A stretch of DNA of 64,000 nt from Waddliaceae bacterium (GTDB lineage: Bacteria > Chlamydiota > Chlamydiia > Chlamydiales > SLFE01), in the NCBI GenBank assembly GCA_963783885.1, contig CAWAPJ010000029.1:60430-124429 (forward strand). The letters run 5' to 3'. The translations under genes were made by a program, and so were the position numbers. The notes under the pieces were generated by a model that saw only the letters and a program-made list of their open reading frames with translations, was not told where the DNA came from and searched no databases. Within the stretch, counting starts at the first letter, position 1. Each line of letters begins with the position of its first letter. Shown one piece after another: positions 1 to 7,605 of this stretch.

Positions 1-406
1 CGAGAATCGCTTCGACATCGGCTCCGTTTAGATGCTGCCGAATTAAATATTTGGCTGCCATCATAGTGAGTTCTTTTTCTCCGAAACTTTGGTAAAAGAG
101 CGCAGTTATCTTCTTGAGGATGGAATAAAAGTAAGAATCATCGGATAAATTTTTGTAGGCTTTAATGATTATGTCCAAATCTTTTTGATTCATAGAATTG
201 GTTGTGAGGGGAGTGATACGCCTAGCCGTGAGAAGCAATTGGTTGGAAAGACGGATTTCGCCGGAAAGGAGAATTCGCAGAGCAATCCTGACAGTCTGAG
301 GGTTCGGGTTGTCAGGCATTATGCTCGTAATCTTGCTAATAACTTCATTCTCTAACGGCTTGTCAGCAGATGGCAAGCATATATAATCTAAGGTATTCGT
401 ATTCAT
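1..406 (-). CDS. Hypothetical helical-repeat protein, 5' part only (runs off window start)
   Basis: Manually translated from ATG at 406 (MNTNTLDYICLP...), open to the window edge. Ends in LIRQHLNGADVEAIL, which resembles the repeats of ORF 7606..9789. Confidence 0.6.
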   Translation of the reverse strand, partial: MNTNTLDYICLPSADKPLENEVISKITSIMPDNPNPQTVRIALRILLSGEIRLSNQLLLTARRITPLTTNSMNQKDLDIIIKAYKNLSDDSYFYSILKKITALFYQSFGEKELTMMAAKYLIRQHLNGADVEAIL

Positions 407-506
407 TTTTCAAAACTATAGCAGATTAGTTTTTTTTGCGGTAATTGACATTCCTTTTTTTTAGCAGAGATGCTATACTTTTTCTAAACCAAAGGATTTT
501 TTTATT

Positions 507-2015
507 ATGACAGTTCGCGTTCGTATCGCTCCCTCTCCTACGGGCGACCCGCATGTGGGAACAGCTTTTATGGCCCTTTTTAATCTGATTTTCGCGCGTC
601 ATCACGGGGGGCGGTTTATTCTTCGCATTGAAGATACCGACCGGTCGAGGAGCCGGACTGAATATGAAGAAAATATTTACAAATCGCTTCATTGGTGCGG
701 GATCCATTGGGATGAGGGGCCCGATGTCGGCGGCGGCTTTGGCCCCTACAGGCAGTCCGAGAGGATGGAGATGTACAAAGAGTATGTCGACAGGCTTCTT
801 AAAGAAGACAAAGCCTACAAATGCTACTGCACTGCCGAAGAACTGGCGGAGAGGCGCCTCGTTCAGGCGAATAGGGGAGGACGGCAGGGATATGACCGCC
901 GCTGCCGCAATTTAAGCGATCAGGAAAGGCGGGCGTTCGAAGAGGTCGAGAGGCGCCCTTATGTTGTGCGGATGAAGACGCCGCTTACGGGCGAGTGCGT
1001 ATTTGAAGATGCCATTAAAGGGCGCATCACAACCCCTTGGCCTGATATCGACGACCAGGTCCTTTTAAAATCCGACGGCTTTCCCACTTATCACCTCGCC
1101 AATGTTGTCGACGACCACCTGATGGAAATCACTCATGTGATTCGAGGAGATGAGTGGATCAGTTCCACCCCCAAGCATATCTTCTTGTATCAGGCCTTTG
1201 GATGGGAGGCGCCGGTCTTTATGCACATGCCCCTTTTGCTGGGGATGGACGGCAAAAAGCTCTCCAAGCGGAAGAATCCGACTTCGATCTTTTTCTATCG
1301 GGACTGCGGGTACCTGCCTGAAGCTTTTATGAATTTCATGACTTTGATGGGATACAGCATGCCCGGGGATCTTGAAATTTATTCCCTCGAAGATATTATT
1401 AAAGATTTTGACCCTAAGAGGATTGGGGTTTCAGGGGCGGTTTTCGATGTCAAGAAGCTTGACTGGATCAATCAGCAATACCTCATCAAAAACATCCCGG
1501 AAGAAGAGCTTTGGGGCCGCATTCGGGATTGGGGCTTTAACGATGATTTTATGCAAAAGCTGATGCCTTTGGTTCATTCAAGGATCAAGACATTCGGAGA
1601 CTTTATCAAACTCTGCGATTTTTTCTTTATCAACGACTTAGACTATACTCCCGAACTTTTTCAGGTGAAGAATTTGACTCCTCCCCATGCGGCGATGATT
1701 CTTCAGGCTATGATCTGGCATCTTGAAGAAAATGAAAACTGGACAAGCGAGGGGATGAACCTCGCCTCGCGGGATGTCGCCGAAATTTTTAGCGTCAATC
1801 ATAAAAAAGTCGTCATGCCGCTATTGTTTGCCAGTTTAATGGGCAAAAAACAAGGGCCTCCACTCTTTGGTTCAGTTCCCTTGCTGGGAAAGGACCGTAC
1901 GCGGGCACGCCTTTTAAAGTCGATAGAATTTTTGGGCGGCATCTCCAACAAAAAGCTGAGTGAATTAAGAAAGGGATGGGACCATAAAAATTGTTCGAAT
2001 TTAATTGCAGATTAA
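507..2015 (+). CDS. gltX: Glutamate--tRNA ligase
   Basis: [15 protein letters not shown] (HIGH-like), [22 protein letters not shown] (KMSKS-like); 502 aa. Confidence 0.97.
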   Translation: MTVRVRIAPSPTGDPHVGTAFMALFNLIFARHHGGRFILRIEDTDRSRSRTEYEENIYKSLHWCGIHWDEGPDVGGGFGPYRQSERMEMYKEYVDRLLKEDKAYKCYCTAEELAERRLVQANRGGRQGYDRRCRNLSDQERRAFEEVERRPYVVRMKTPLTGECVFEDAIKGRITTPWPDIDDQVLLKSDGFPTYHLANVVDDHLMEITHVIRGDEWISSTPKHIFLYQAFGWEAPVFMHMPLLLGMDGKKLSKRKNPTSIFFYRDCGYLPEAFMNFMTLMGYSMPGDLEIYSLEDIIKDFDPKRIGVSGAVFDVKKLDWINQQYLIKNIPEEELWGRIRDWGFNDDFMQKLMPLVHSRIKTFGDFIKLCDFFFINDLDYTPELFQVKNLTPPHAAMILQAMIWHLEENENWTSEGMNLASRDVAEIFSVNHKKVVMPLLFASLMGKKQGPPLFGSVPLLGKDRTRARLLKSIEFLGGISNKKLSELRKGWDHKNCSNLIAD

Positions 2016-2041
2016 TGATTTAATTTTTTATTTATTAGTTA

Positions 2042-2563
2042 ATGATAACAATCCCCAATATTTTGTCTCTGCTGAGGATTCCCTTGGCTCTGGTCTTCTT
2101 TCAACAGAATGTTGTTTTGCGGGCTGTTGTCGTTCTTCTTGCGCTCTGCAGTGATGGGCTCGATGGTTATATTGCAAGGCATTATAGGCAGACATCCCGT
2201 TTGGGGACGGTTCTCGATCCTTTAACCGATCGTTTTTTCGTGATTGTGGCCGTTTCCGTCTTTTATACTGAAAACCGGATTCAGGCATGGCAGGTCGCGG
2301 CGATGTTTTGCCGGGATTTTTCCATTTTGCTATTCGGGTTTTATTTGTTTCTTAAAGGGTCGCTCGCAGAGTATTATTTGCGCGCCATCTGGTGCGGTAA
2401 AGTGACAACGGTCGTTCAGCTTGCCGTCCTCCTTAGCTTGGTACTGAACCTTTTTGTCCCCAATATCGTTTATTATATCCTGATCGCCCTTGGCGCTTTG
2501 GCGCTTATCGAACTGGCAATATCCAGCCCTCGCATCAAAGAGGAGGCTTCCCGGTTAAGGTAA
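2042..2563 (+). CDS. CDP-alcohol phosphatidyltransferase (PgsA-like)
   Basis: TIPNILSLLR start and DGLDGYIAR...G..LDPLTD signature; hydrophobic. Confidence 0.9.
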   Translation: MITIPNILSLLRIPLALVFFQQNVVLRAVVVLLALCSDGLDGYIARHYRQTSRLGTVLDPLTDRFFVIVAVSVFYTENRIQAWQVAAMFCRDFSILLFGFYLFLKGSLAEYYLRAIWCGKVTTVVQLAVLLSLVLNLFVPNIVYYILIALGALALIELAISSPRIKEEASRLR

Positions 2564-2969
2564 AGGGGGTCATCAGGAGGTTGTCTTGGTTCTGCTCAAT
2601 TTGAAAATTTTCAGGCGTTGTGATCATATTGGGCTTTGTCACATTTTCGCTCAGGTTCGAAATTGCCCATAAAGCGGCGATTTTACTGCATTCGTTCCAG
2701 TGCTTGACCCACTCATAGGGCTTGCTGCTGATACATGACACCGCATACCCTACAGGAAACATCAGGCAGCTTGTTGCATATTCGCCAAAGCCCACTCCCG
2801 CTAAAAGCGTGAAAGCTCCTTCGCACTTGACGACAGTCCAAACTGGAGGGAATTTTTTATATTTGTCTCTTTGAGTAATCCAGTTCTCCTCCTGGCCTTG
2901 GGGATTTCTCCATATGATTAATTTAGTTTGCAACCAGGCAGATAAGGAATCTGAAAAGTAATGAATCAT
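2535..2969 (-). CDS. Hypothetical protein with central hydrophobic segment
   Basis: ORF follows the rsmB stop by 10 nt; start chosen at MIHYFSDS; short convergent overlap with the pgsA-like gene. Confidence 0.55.
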   Translation of the reverse strand: MIHYFSDSLSAWLQTKLIIWRNPQGQEENWITQRDKYKKFPPVWTVVKCEGAFTLLAGVGFGEYATSCLMFPVGYAVSCISSKPYEWVKHWNECSKIAALWAISNLSENVTKPNMITTPENFQIEQNQDNLLMTPFTLTGKPPL

Positions 2970-2979
2970 AAATGTCTCC

Positions 2980-4161
2980 TTATTTGGATAGAACGCAGGC
3001 AAAGCCCCCATCCCAACCATCTTTGTTCGGTAATATGACCTTATGACACAAGCAATTTCCCCACAATCTTTCTTCTTTGACAAGGTTTTGATTCTCGCAG
3101 GGCAGGATGCTGCACGTCATATAGAAAACTCTGCCATGGGGTGTTAATAAATCGAGGGCATGCCTTAAGAGCTTTTTTTGAAGCGAGCGGAGTTCTTCGA
3201 CGGCACAAGAGTTGAGCCTCCAACGGGCTTCAGGCCGTTTGTTGAGCACTCCCGAATTGGTGCAGGGAGCATCGACAATGATAAGATCATAACGATCATC
3301 AGTTGAAAACGTTTCTCCACGGCTGATTGAATAGTCGGCATTGATGCCGTATTTTTCAAAATTTTCCCGTATTTTATTCATCTTGCCTTCCGAAACATCA
3401 TTGACAGTGAGTTTTGCCTGGGGATAAAGATCATGGGCAAGCAGGGCCTTTCCCCCGGGAGAGGCTGCGAGGTCTAAAATGGTCTTGGGAGGTTTTGTCA
3501 AAAAATTAGCCATTTTCCCCATGAGAAGAACTGGGGTGATGTTCTGAATATAAATATCCGGAGATTCGGAATAGTCTTGAGGGTTTTCGATGGGGAAAAC
3601 TTTTAAAGGAGAATCGCTGCCCCGCCTTAGGCGGCCCATCGTTTTGCCGGGGGTATTGCCCGCTTCCAAGGTCGCAATTGTCGTTTGAAGGCCGTATTCT
3701 ACGAGAAGCTGCTGAACATAAAATTTGGTATAGGAATAACGGATGCTGAGGCTTTCGGCATCACTTCCCTGAGGCAGTCTGAACTCTGTATGGGGGATCT
3801 TCTTCAGCACGGCGTTTAAAAAGGAGGCAAACCGGACATGGCACTCTTTTTTTGCCAGCTCGACGCTCTCGTTGACAATGGCGTGCAGAGGAACTTTGTC
3901 CATTTCAAGCGCTTGATAGAGAGCAATATAAAGTAAAGCCCTCTCTTTGCGTTTCAACTTCAGGGTGTCTGAGAGTTGTTTGGCGTAGTGGTCGAGAGTT
4001 TTTTGTTTTCTCATAGCGCCGTTGGCGATTTCTTTTGCGAAACGAAGATCTTTCGAGGAAGGGGCGTCGGATTGTTGCCAGGTCTCAAGAAATGAGGAGA
4101 TAAACTGCTTTTCCCTCATAGATCCGAGAAGAGCTTTGTAGGCCGCTTCTCTTGCATTCAT
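2980..4161 (-). CDS. rsmB: 16S rRNA m5C methyltransferase RsmB/Sun family (NusB-like N-domain plus MTase)
   Basis: MNAREAAY..., AIVNESVELAK, FLNAVL (NusB-like); LDLAASPGGK, DAPCTNSGV, YMTCS; ATGA overlap with the upstream gene. Confidence 0.88.
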   Translation of the reverse strand: MNAREAAYKALLGSMREKQFISSFLETWQQSDAPSSKDLRFAKEIANGAMRKQKTLDHYAKQLSDTLKLKRKERALLYIALYQALEMDKVPLHAIVNESVELAKKECHVRFASFLNAVLKKIPHTEFRLPQGSDAESLSIRYSYTKFYVQQLLVEYGLQTTIATLEAGNTPGKTMGRLRRGSDSPLKVFPIENPQDYSESPDIYIQNITPVLLMGKMANFLTKPPKTILDLAASPGGKALLAHDLYPQAKLTVNDVSEGKMNKIRENFEKYGINADYSISRGETFSTDDRYDLIIVDAPCTNSGVLNKRPEARWRLNSCAVEELRSLQKKLLRHALDLLTPHGRVFYMTCSILPCENQNLVKEERLWGNCLCHKVILPNKDGWDGGFACVLSK

Positions 4162-5045
4162 TTTTTAGTGATCCATTCTCTGACCACCCATTTTTGAAAC
4201 CATTCCGACAGCTTGCCAGCCGAATCCTCGATCCATTCTTCATGCTCTTCTTCAAGAACCGCGCACGCTTCGTCGATAGTCGTACCCTGCTTGAAAAGAT
4301 TGAGAAGAAATAATTCCGGTTCATCAATTTCTTCCCAGCACATGTTGTGTCTAAAGTTGCGGAAAAGGCAAAATGTATACCGTTTTTCTTTGTCAAGTTT
4401 CGGGAAGTCATGCTCTTCCCAATGTTCGGGCTTCTCTTCTAGCATCTCATCGCGGAACTGAAAGAGGTGATAATTAAGGGGGAAAAGATAAATATGGGGC
4501 TGGAGGACGAGACGTTTATTGAGAAGGGAAGAGAACTCATCCGAATTAGGGAGGTCTTTTTGACTCAACGGTGGATTGTGGGGCATTAAAAAGCCGTCAT
4601 TGTAGGCCAGGTCGATTGCTGCGGCGTCATAGACGAATGACTTGTCGTTGTTATGATAGTTGTTTTGGATCCAGTCAGGGAGCCGGCTCCCAAGCGGGTT
4701 TAGCGACCAGCTATCGGGAGGATGGTCCAGCAGGTAGGGCATTGCGATTGTTTGATTAAAATCGAAGTAGCCGAACATGCGTGTGACTAGAGGAAAAATA
4801 TCGTGCAGAATCGACAGCAGGCGCCACCAATATTGCTGGTTGTAGATCTCGATTCTTCTATGGGATTCCAATGTAGGGCTGGGGGTGATAAACTGCTTGG
4901 CCTCTTCTTTCATCGGCTGGCCGGAAGGCGAGAGGGGATTCATGCGGCTGTTTTCATCGATGGGGCGCGCAATAATATTGCCAAACCACTGCTGGGTCAA
5001 CTTCAGAGTGTGGGGAACTGTAGAATCAAAGATTACGTCAGACAT
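4158..5045 (-). CDS. DUF2063-family MNIO partner / RiPP maturation protein (HvfC/BufC-like)
   Basis: RIEIYNQQYWWRLLSIL..FP, YL..HPP.S..L..LG..LP and D.A.IDLAY motifs; overlaps the DUF692 gene. Confidence 0.85.
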   Translation of the reverse strand: MSDVIFDSTVPHTLKLTQQWFGNIIARPIDENSRMNPLSPSGQPMKEEAKQFITPSPTLESHRRIEIYNQQYWWRLLSILHDIFPLVTRMFGYFDFNQTIAMPYLLDHPPDSWSLNPLGSRLPDWIQNNYHNNDKSFVYDAAAIDLAYNDGFLMPHNPPLSQKDLPNSDEFSSLLNKRLVLQPHIYLFPLNYHLFQFRDEMLEEKPEHWEEHDFPKLDKEKRYTFCLFRNFRHNMCWEEIDEPELFLLNLFKQGTTIDEACAVLEEEHEEWIEDSAGKLSEWFQKWVVREWITKK

Positions 5046-5902
5046 TTTTTCAAAGGGGTTTTGCAGTTTTTTTCGATTGCTTTCTGAAATTTTTTCGCTT
5101 TCAGCGCTTCGTCCCAGGTTTCCTGAAAGCTCACAAAGTTATCGTCCCATTCAAGAAGAGTTGAGACGCCCCCTGTTCTTGGATAAACTTCAGCATAGAT
5201 GTCCCAAACCTCATTGCGGACGTAATTATCATGGGTATCGAGAACATAGTCTCCGTGATCGGTGTGTCCGGCGATATGGATCTGGATAACGCGTTCCATC
5301 GGGATATTGTTATAATAATCTTTCGGGACAAATCCGTGGTTTCTGCTGGAAACGTAAATATTATTGACATCGAGCATCATGTAAATGTCGGCTTTTTCCA
5401 CGATCGCCGAATAAAATTCCCATTCGGGCATTTCATCATCTTTGAAAGCGACATATGAAGAGAGATTTTCCAGAGCAAAGGGAAGCTCCAGATAATCCTG
5501 AACAATGCGCGCTCTTTCAGCGACATAATTGATCACTTCCCGGGTATAGGGCAGGGGGAGAAGGTCGTGAAAATGTGCCCCGGCCAGCTTTCCCCAGCAA
5601 AGGTGGTCGGATATCCAAGGGGTTTTGGTTTTAAAGGACAGTTTTTTCAGTCTTTTCAGGTAGTCGAAGTCGAGGGGATCGGGGCTCCCTATGGCTAGGG
5701 CGACGCCATGTTGGACCACGGGATACATTTCGAGGATCCTTTCGAGATTTTCGATGGGTTTTCCTCCGTCGACCATGAAATTTTCGCTGATAATTTCGAA
5801 CCAGTCAACATCCGGTTTATCCCGGAAGATGTCTTCGTAATGGGGAATACGAAGCCCTAGGCCGATACCTAGATTGGGAATCATTTTGTTTGTTTTAGCC
5901 AT
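5033..5902 (-). CDS. DUF692-family multinuclear non-heme iron oxidative enzyme (MNIO; BufB/HvfB-like)
   Basis: GIGLGLR, FEIISENF, QHGV, SDHLCW, DLLPLP, LENLSSY, LDVNNIYVS, QIHIAGH, LDTH, LLEWD: the expected Fe-ligand motifs are present. Confidence 0.95.
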   Translation of the reverse strand: MAKTNKMIPNLGIGLGLRIPHYEDIFRDKPDVDWFEIISENFMVDGGKPIENLERILEMYPVVQHGVALAIGSPDPLDFDYLKRLKKLSFKTKTPWISDHLCWGKLAGAHFHDLLPLPYTREVINYVAERARIVQDYLELPFALENLSSYVAFKDDEMPEWEFYSAIVEKADIYMMLDVNNIYVSSRNHGFVPKDYYNNIPMERVIQIHIAGHTDHGDYVLDTHDNYVRNEVWDIYAEVYPRTGGVSTLLEWDDNFVSFQETWDEALKAKKFQKAIEKNCKTPLKKCLT

Positions 5903-5940
5903 GTCAAAAGCCTATATTAAAACAGCAATAGGAAAAGAGT

Positions 5941-6381
5941 TCAATCTGTTTGAGTTTTTTCCCTTTTTTCAGCCATTTTTTTTGCGACGAGTTTGACTGC
6001 GAGATTTTTGTCTCCGATCGCGCATTTTGTTGTTCCTTTGCATTCGCCTTTGCCGGCACAATCATTGTCTTCGGTTTTGCAGGCATTGAGTCCTTTGCAC
6101 TCGTTAGCACCATTGCACCGTCTGCTGGCAACTTTCAGGGCCAGTTTTTTCCCTTCCGGCGAGAGAGACTCATAAAGCTCTCGTCCTTTTCTATTCAGAT
6201 TGAGGAACAGTTCCTGTTCGCTCATTAAATAATACCCCTCGTTTTCCGAATTGGGATCCTCTTCATATTCGTCGGCTTTACCGGCCGATGTTTCTTTTTC
6301 CTGCCCTTGCAGCGTAGGAGTCATGAATAGTCCCGAGGCTATGCCGATAATGGCCAGCTTTCCAAGATCTCTTTTTTTCAT
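5941..6381 (-). CDS. Secreted Cys-rich RiPP/metallophore precursor, bufferin BufA2-like
   Basis: Start at MKKRDLGKLAIIGIASGLF with an AAGGAG RBS; signal-like N-terminus; 6-Cys core CNGANECKGLNACKTEDNDCAGKGECKGTTKC; immediately upstream of the MNIO. Confidence 0.82.
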   Translation of the reverse strand: MKKRDLGKLAIIGIASGLFMTPTLQGQEKETSAGKADEYEEDPNSENEGYYLMSEQELFLNLNRKGRELYESLSPEGKKLALKVASRRCNGANECKGLNACKTEDNDCAGKGECKGTTKCAIGDKNLAVKLVAKKMAEKREKTQTD

Positions 6382-6401
6382 AACACTTCTCCTTGCCAGA
6401 T

Positions 6402-6434
6402 AAAATATGCGGCCTTTGAAAGACCGCATATTTT
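6402..6434 (-). terminator. Stem-loop between the two precursor genes
   Basis: Minus strand AAAATATGCGGTCTT-TCA-AAGGCCGCATATTTT; the G-U pair works only on the minus strand. Confidence 0.6.
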
Positions 6435-6471
6435 GGGTTAATAGAAAAACTAAATCCTTCCCTTATGGGGA

Positions 6472-6933
6472 TTACAGGCGATATCCATAGGAACCGTTGG
6501 ATCCTCCGCAGCTTCCCCTGTCTTTGCCATTGTTATGGTTGCCGCAGCTTCCCCTGTCTTTGCCATTGTTATTGTTGTTGCTGTTGTCGTGATTTTGATA
6601 TTGGTTGTCCGAATTGTCATGATTTTGGTCATTGTTTCCATTGTCATGATTTTGATCATGGCCGTTCGAATAATTATAATTAGTTTGGCTGTAATTTCCA
6701 TTGGCGTTGTCATAATCTCCGTTATAGCGTCTTGTGCGTCCGTTATTTGTGTTGTCTGCATGTGGGCGGCATTTTTGGGGACATCCCCCTTTTGCCATTT
6801 GCTGGTTGGTTTCATTTCCGGGAATAAAATGCGATGTGTCGGCGCCTGCCTCACCGGAAACAACAAGTCCTGCAGCCATTCCCATCAATGCAAGTTTTGT
6901 GAGTCTGCTTTTTGAAAAATCTCGTTTTTTCAT
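6472..6933 (-). CDS. Secreted Asn/His-rich low-complexity protein with repeated KDRGSCG motifs; probable second MNIO precursor (HvfA-like)
   Basis: MKKRD leader, hydrophobic core and AGA cleavage site; GGCPQKC; QNHDN x3; NNGKDRGSCG x2; AAGGAG RBS. Confidence 0.72.
   Translation of the reverse strand: MKKRDFSKSRLTKLALMGMAAGLVVSGEAGADTSHFIPGNETNQQMAKGGCPQKCRPHADNTNNGRTRRYNGDYDNANGNYSQTNYNYSNGHDQNHDNGNNDQNHDNSDNQYQNHDNSNNNNNGKDRGSCGNHNNGKDRGSCGGSNGSYGYRL
6506..6577 (-). repeat. 36-bp tandem duplication encoding the KDRGSCG unit
   Basis: ccgcagcttcccctgtctttgccattgtt occurs at 6506 and 6542. Confidence 0.9.
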
Positions 6934-7188
6934 TTCGAATCTCCTTTAAGTTTTGTGATTCATAAATGAACCATACTAAAGAAAAATTTATTTGTCTACC
7001 GCATCATTTAAAATATAATATTCTGAAAATCAGATACTTAAAAATTTAAAAAGAGGAAAATGACTGTTTCCGAAACTATAAATGTCCAGGCTTTACTTTT
7101 TGGAGGATAAAAGTAATTAAGAGGTTGATTTTTAGTGAGATATCGTTTACATTTAGTTCCCTAACCTTGTAAAGGGGGCTATGTTATT

Positions 7189-7605
7189 ATGAGTTTATCT
7201 ATTCAAAAAAGCGATGCTTTTGGTTTTCATACATATAATCAATTTAAAGGAAAGCTGATTTCTATTTCTAACTCCATGGATGTTAACAATCCAATTCTGC
7301 AAGAGGCTGAAAAGAAATTTCAAAAAATTAACCTCGTAAAGAATCTCGTGACCGCCGCAGGCTATATTCCTGTAGTAGGAACTATCGCGGCTATTGCAAA
7401 GCTTGTTTTGATCAATAAGGCTGAAAAAGAAATGTCTAAAGATTCTCGTGGGAGACGATTGAAGCCGTTAGTACAAAACTACTTCACCGGGCAAAAAATC
7501 AGAAGCGGGATTGAGTTGACCTCTCTTGGCTTTCTTTTGCTTATTCCAGACATAATTTTTACTATAGGACGCAATATTGGGAAAAAGCCCGCTGAAGCTA
7601 TATAG
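7189..7605 (+). CDS. Hypothetical protein with two hydrophobic stretches
   Basis: 138 aa ORF with GGGGG RBS; GYIPVVGTIAAIAKL and LGFLLLIPDIIFT segments. Confidence 0.7.
   Translation: MSLSIQKSDAFGFHTYNQFKGKLISISNSMDVNNPILQEAEKKFQKINLVKNLVTAAGYIPVVGTIAAIAKLVLINKAEKEMSKDSRGRRLKPLVQNYFTGQKIRSGIELTSLGFLLLIPDIIFTIGRNIGKKPAEAI

Noticed and set aside
445-479. TTGACA...TATACT promoter for gltX
   Set aside because: The spacing is 23 nt, too long for a sigma70-type promoter
6450-6915. Alternative-frame ORFs (138 aa minus, 126 aa plus) over precursor A
   Set aside because: Shadows of low-complexity codons; only the 153-aa frame has an RBS, a signal peptide and a leader paralogous to the neighbouring gene
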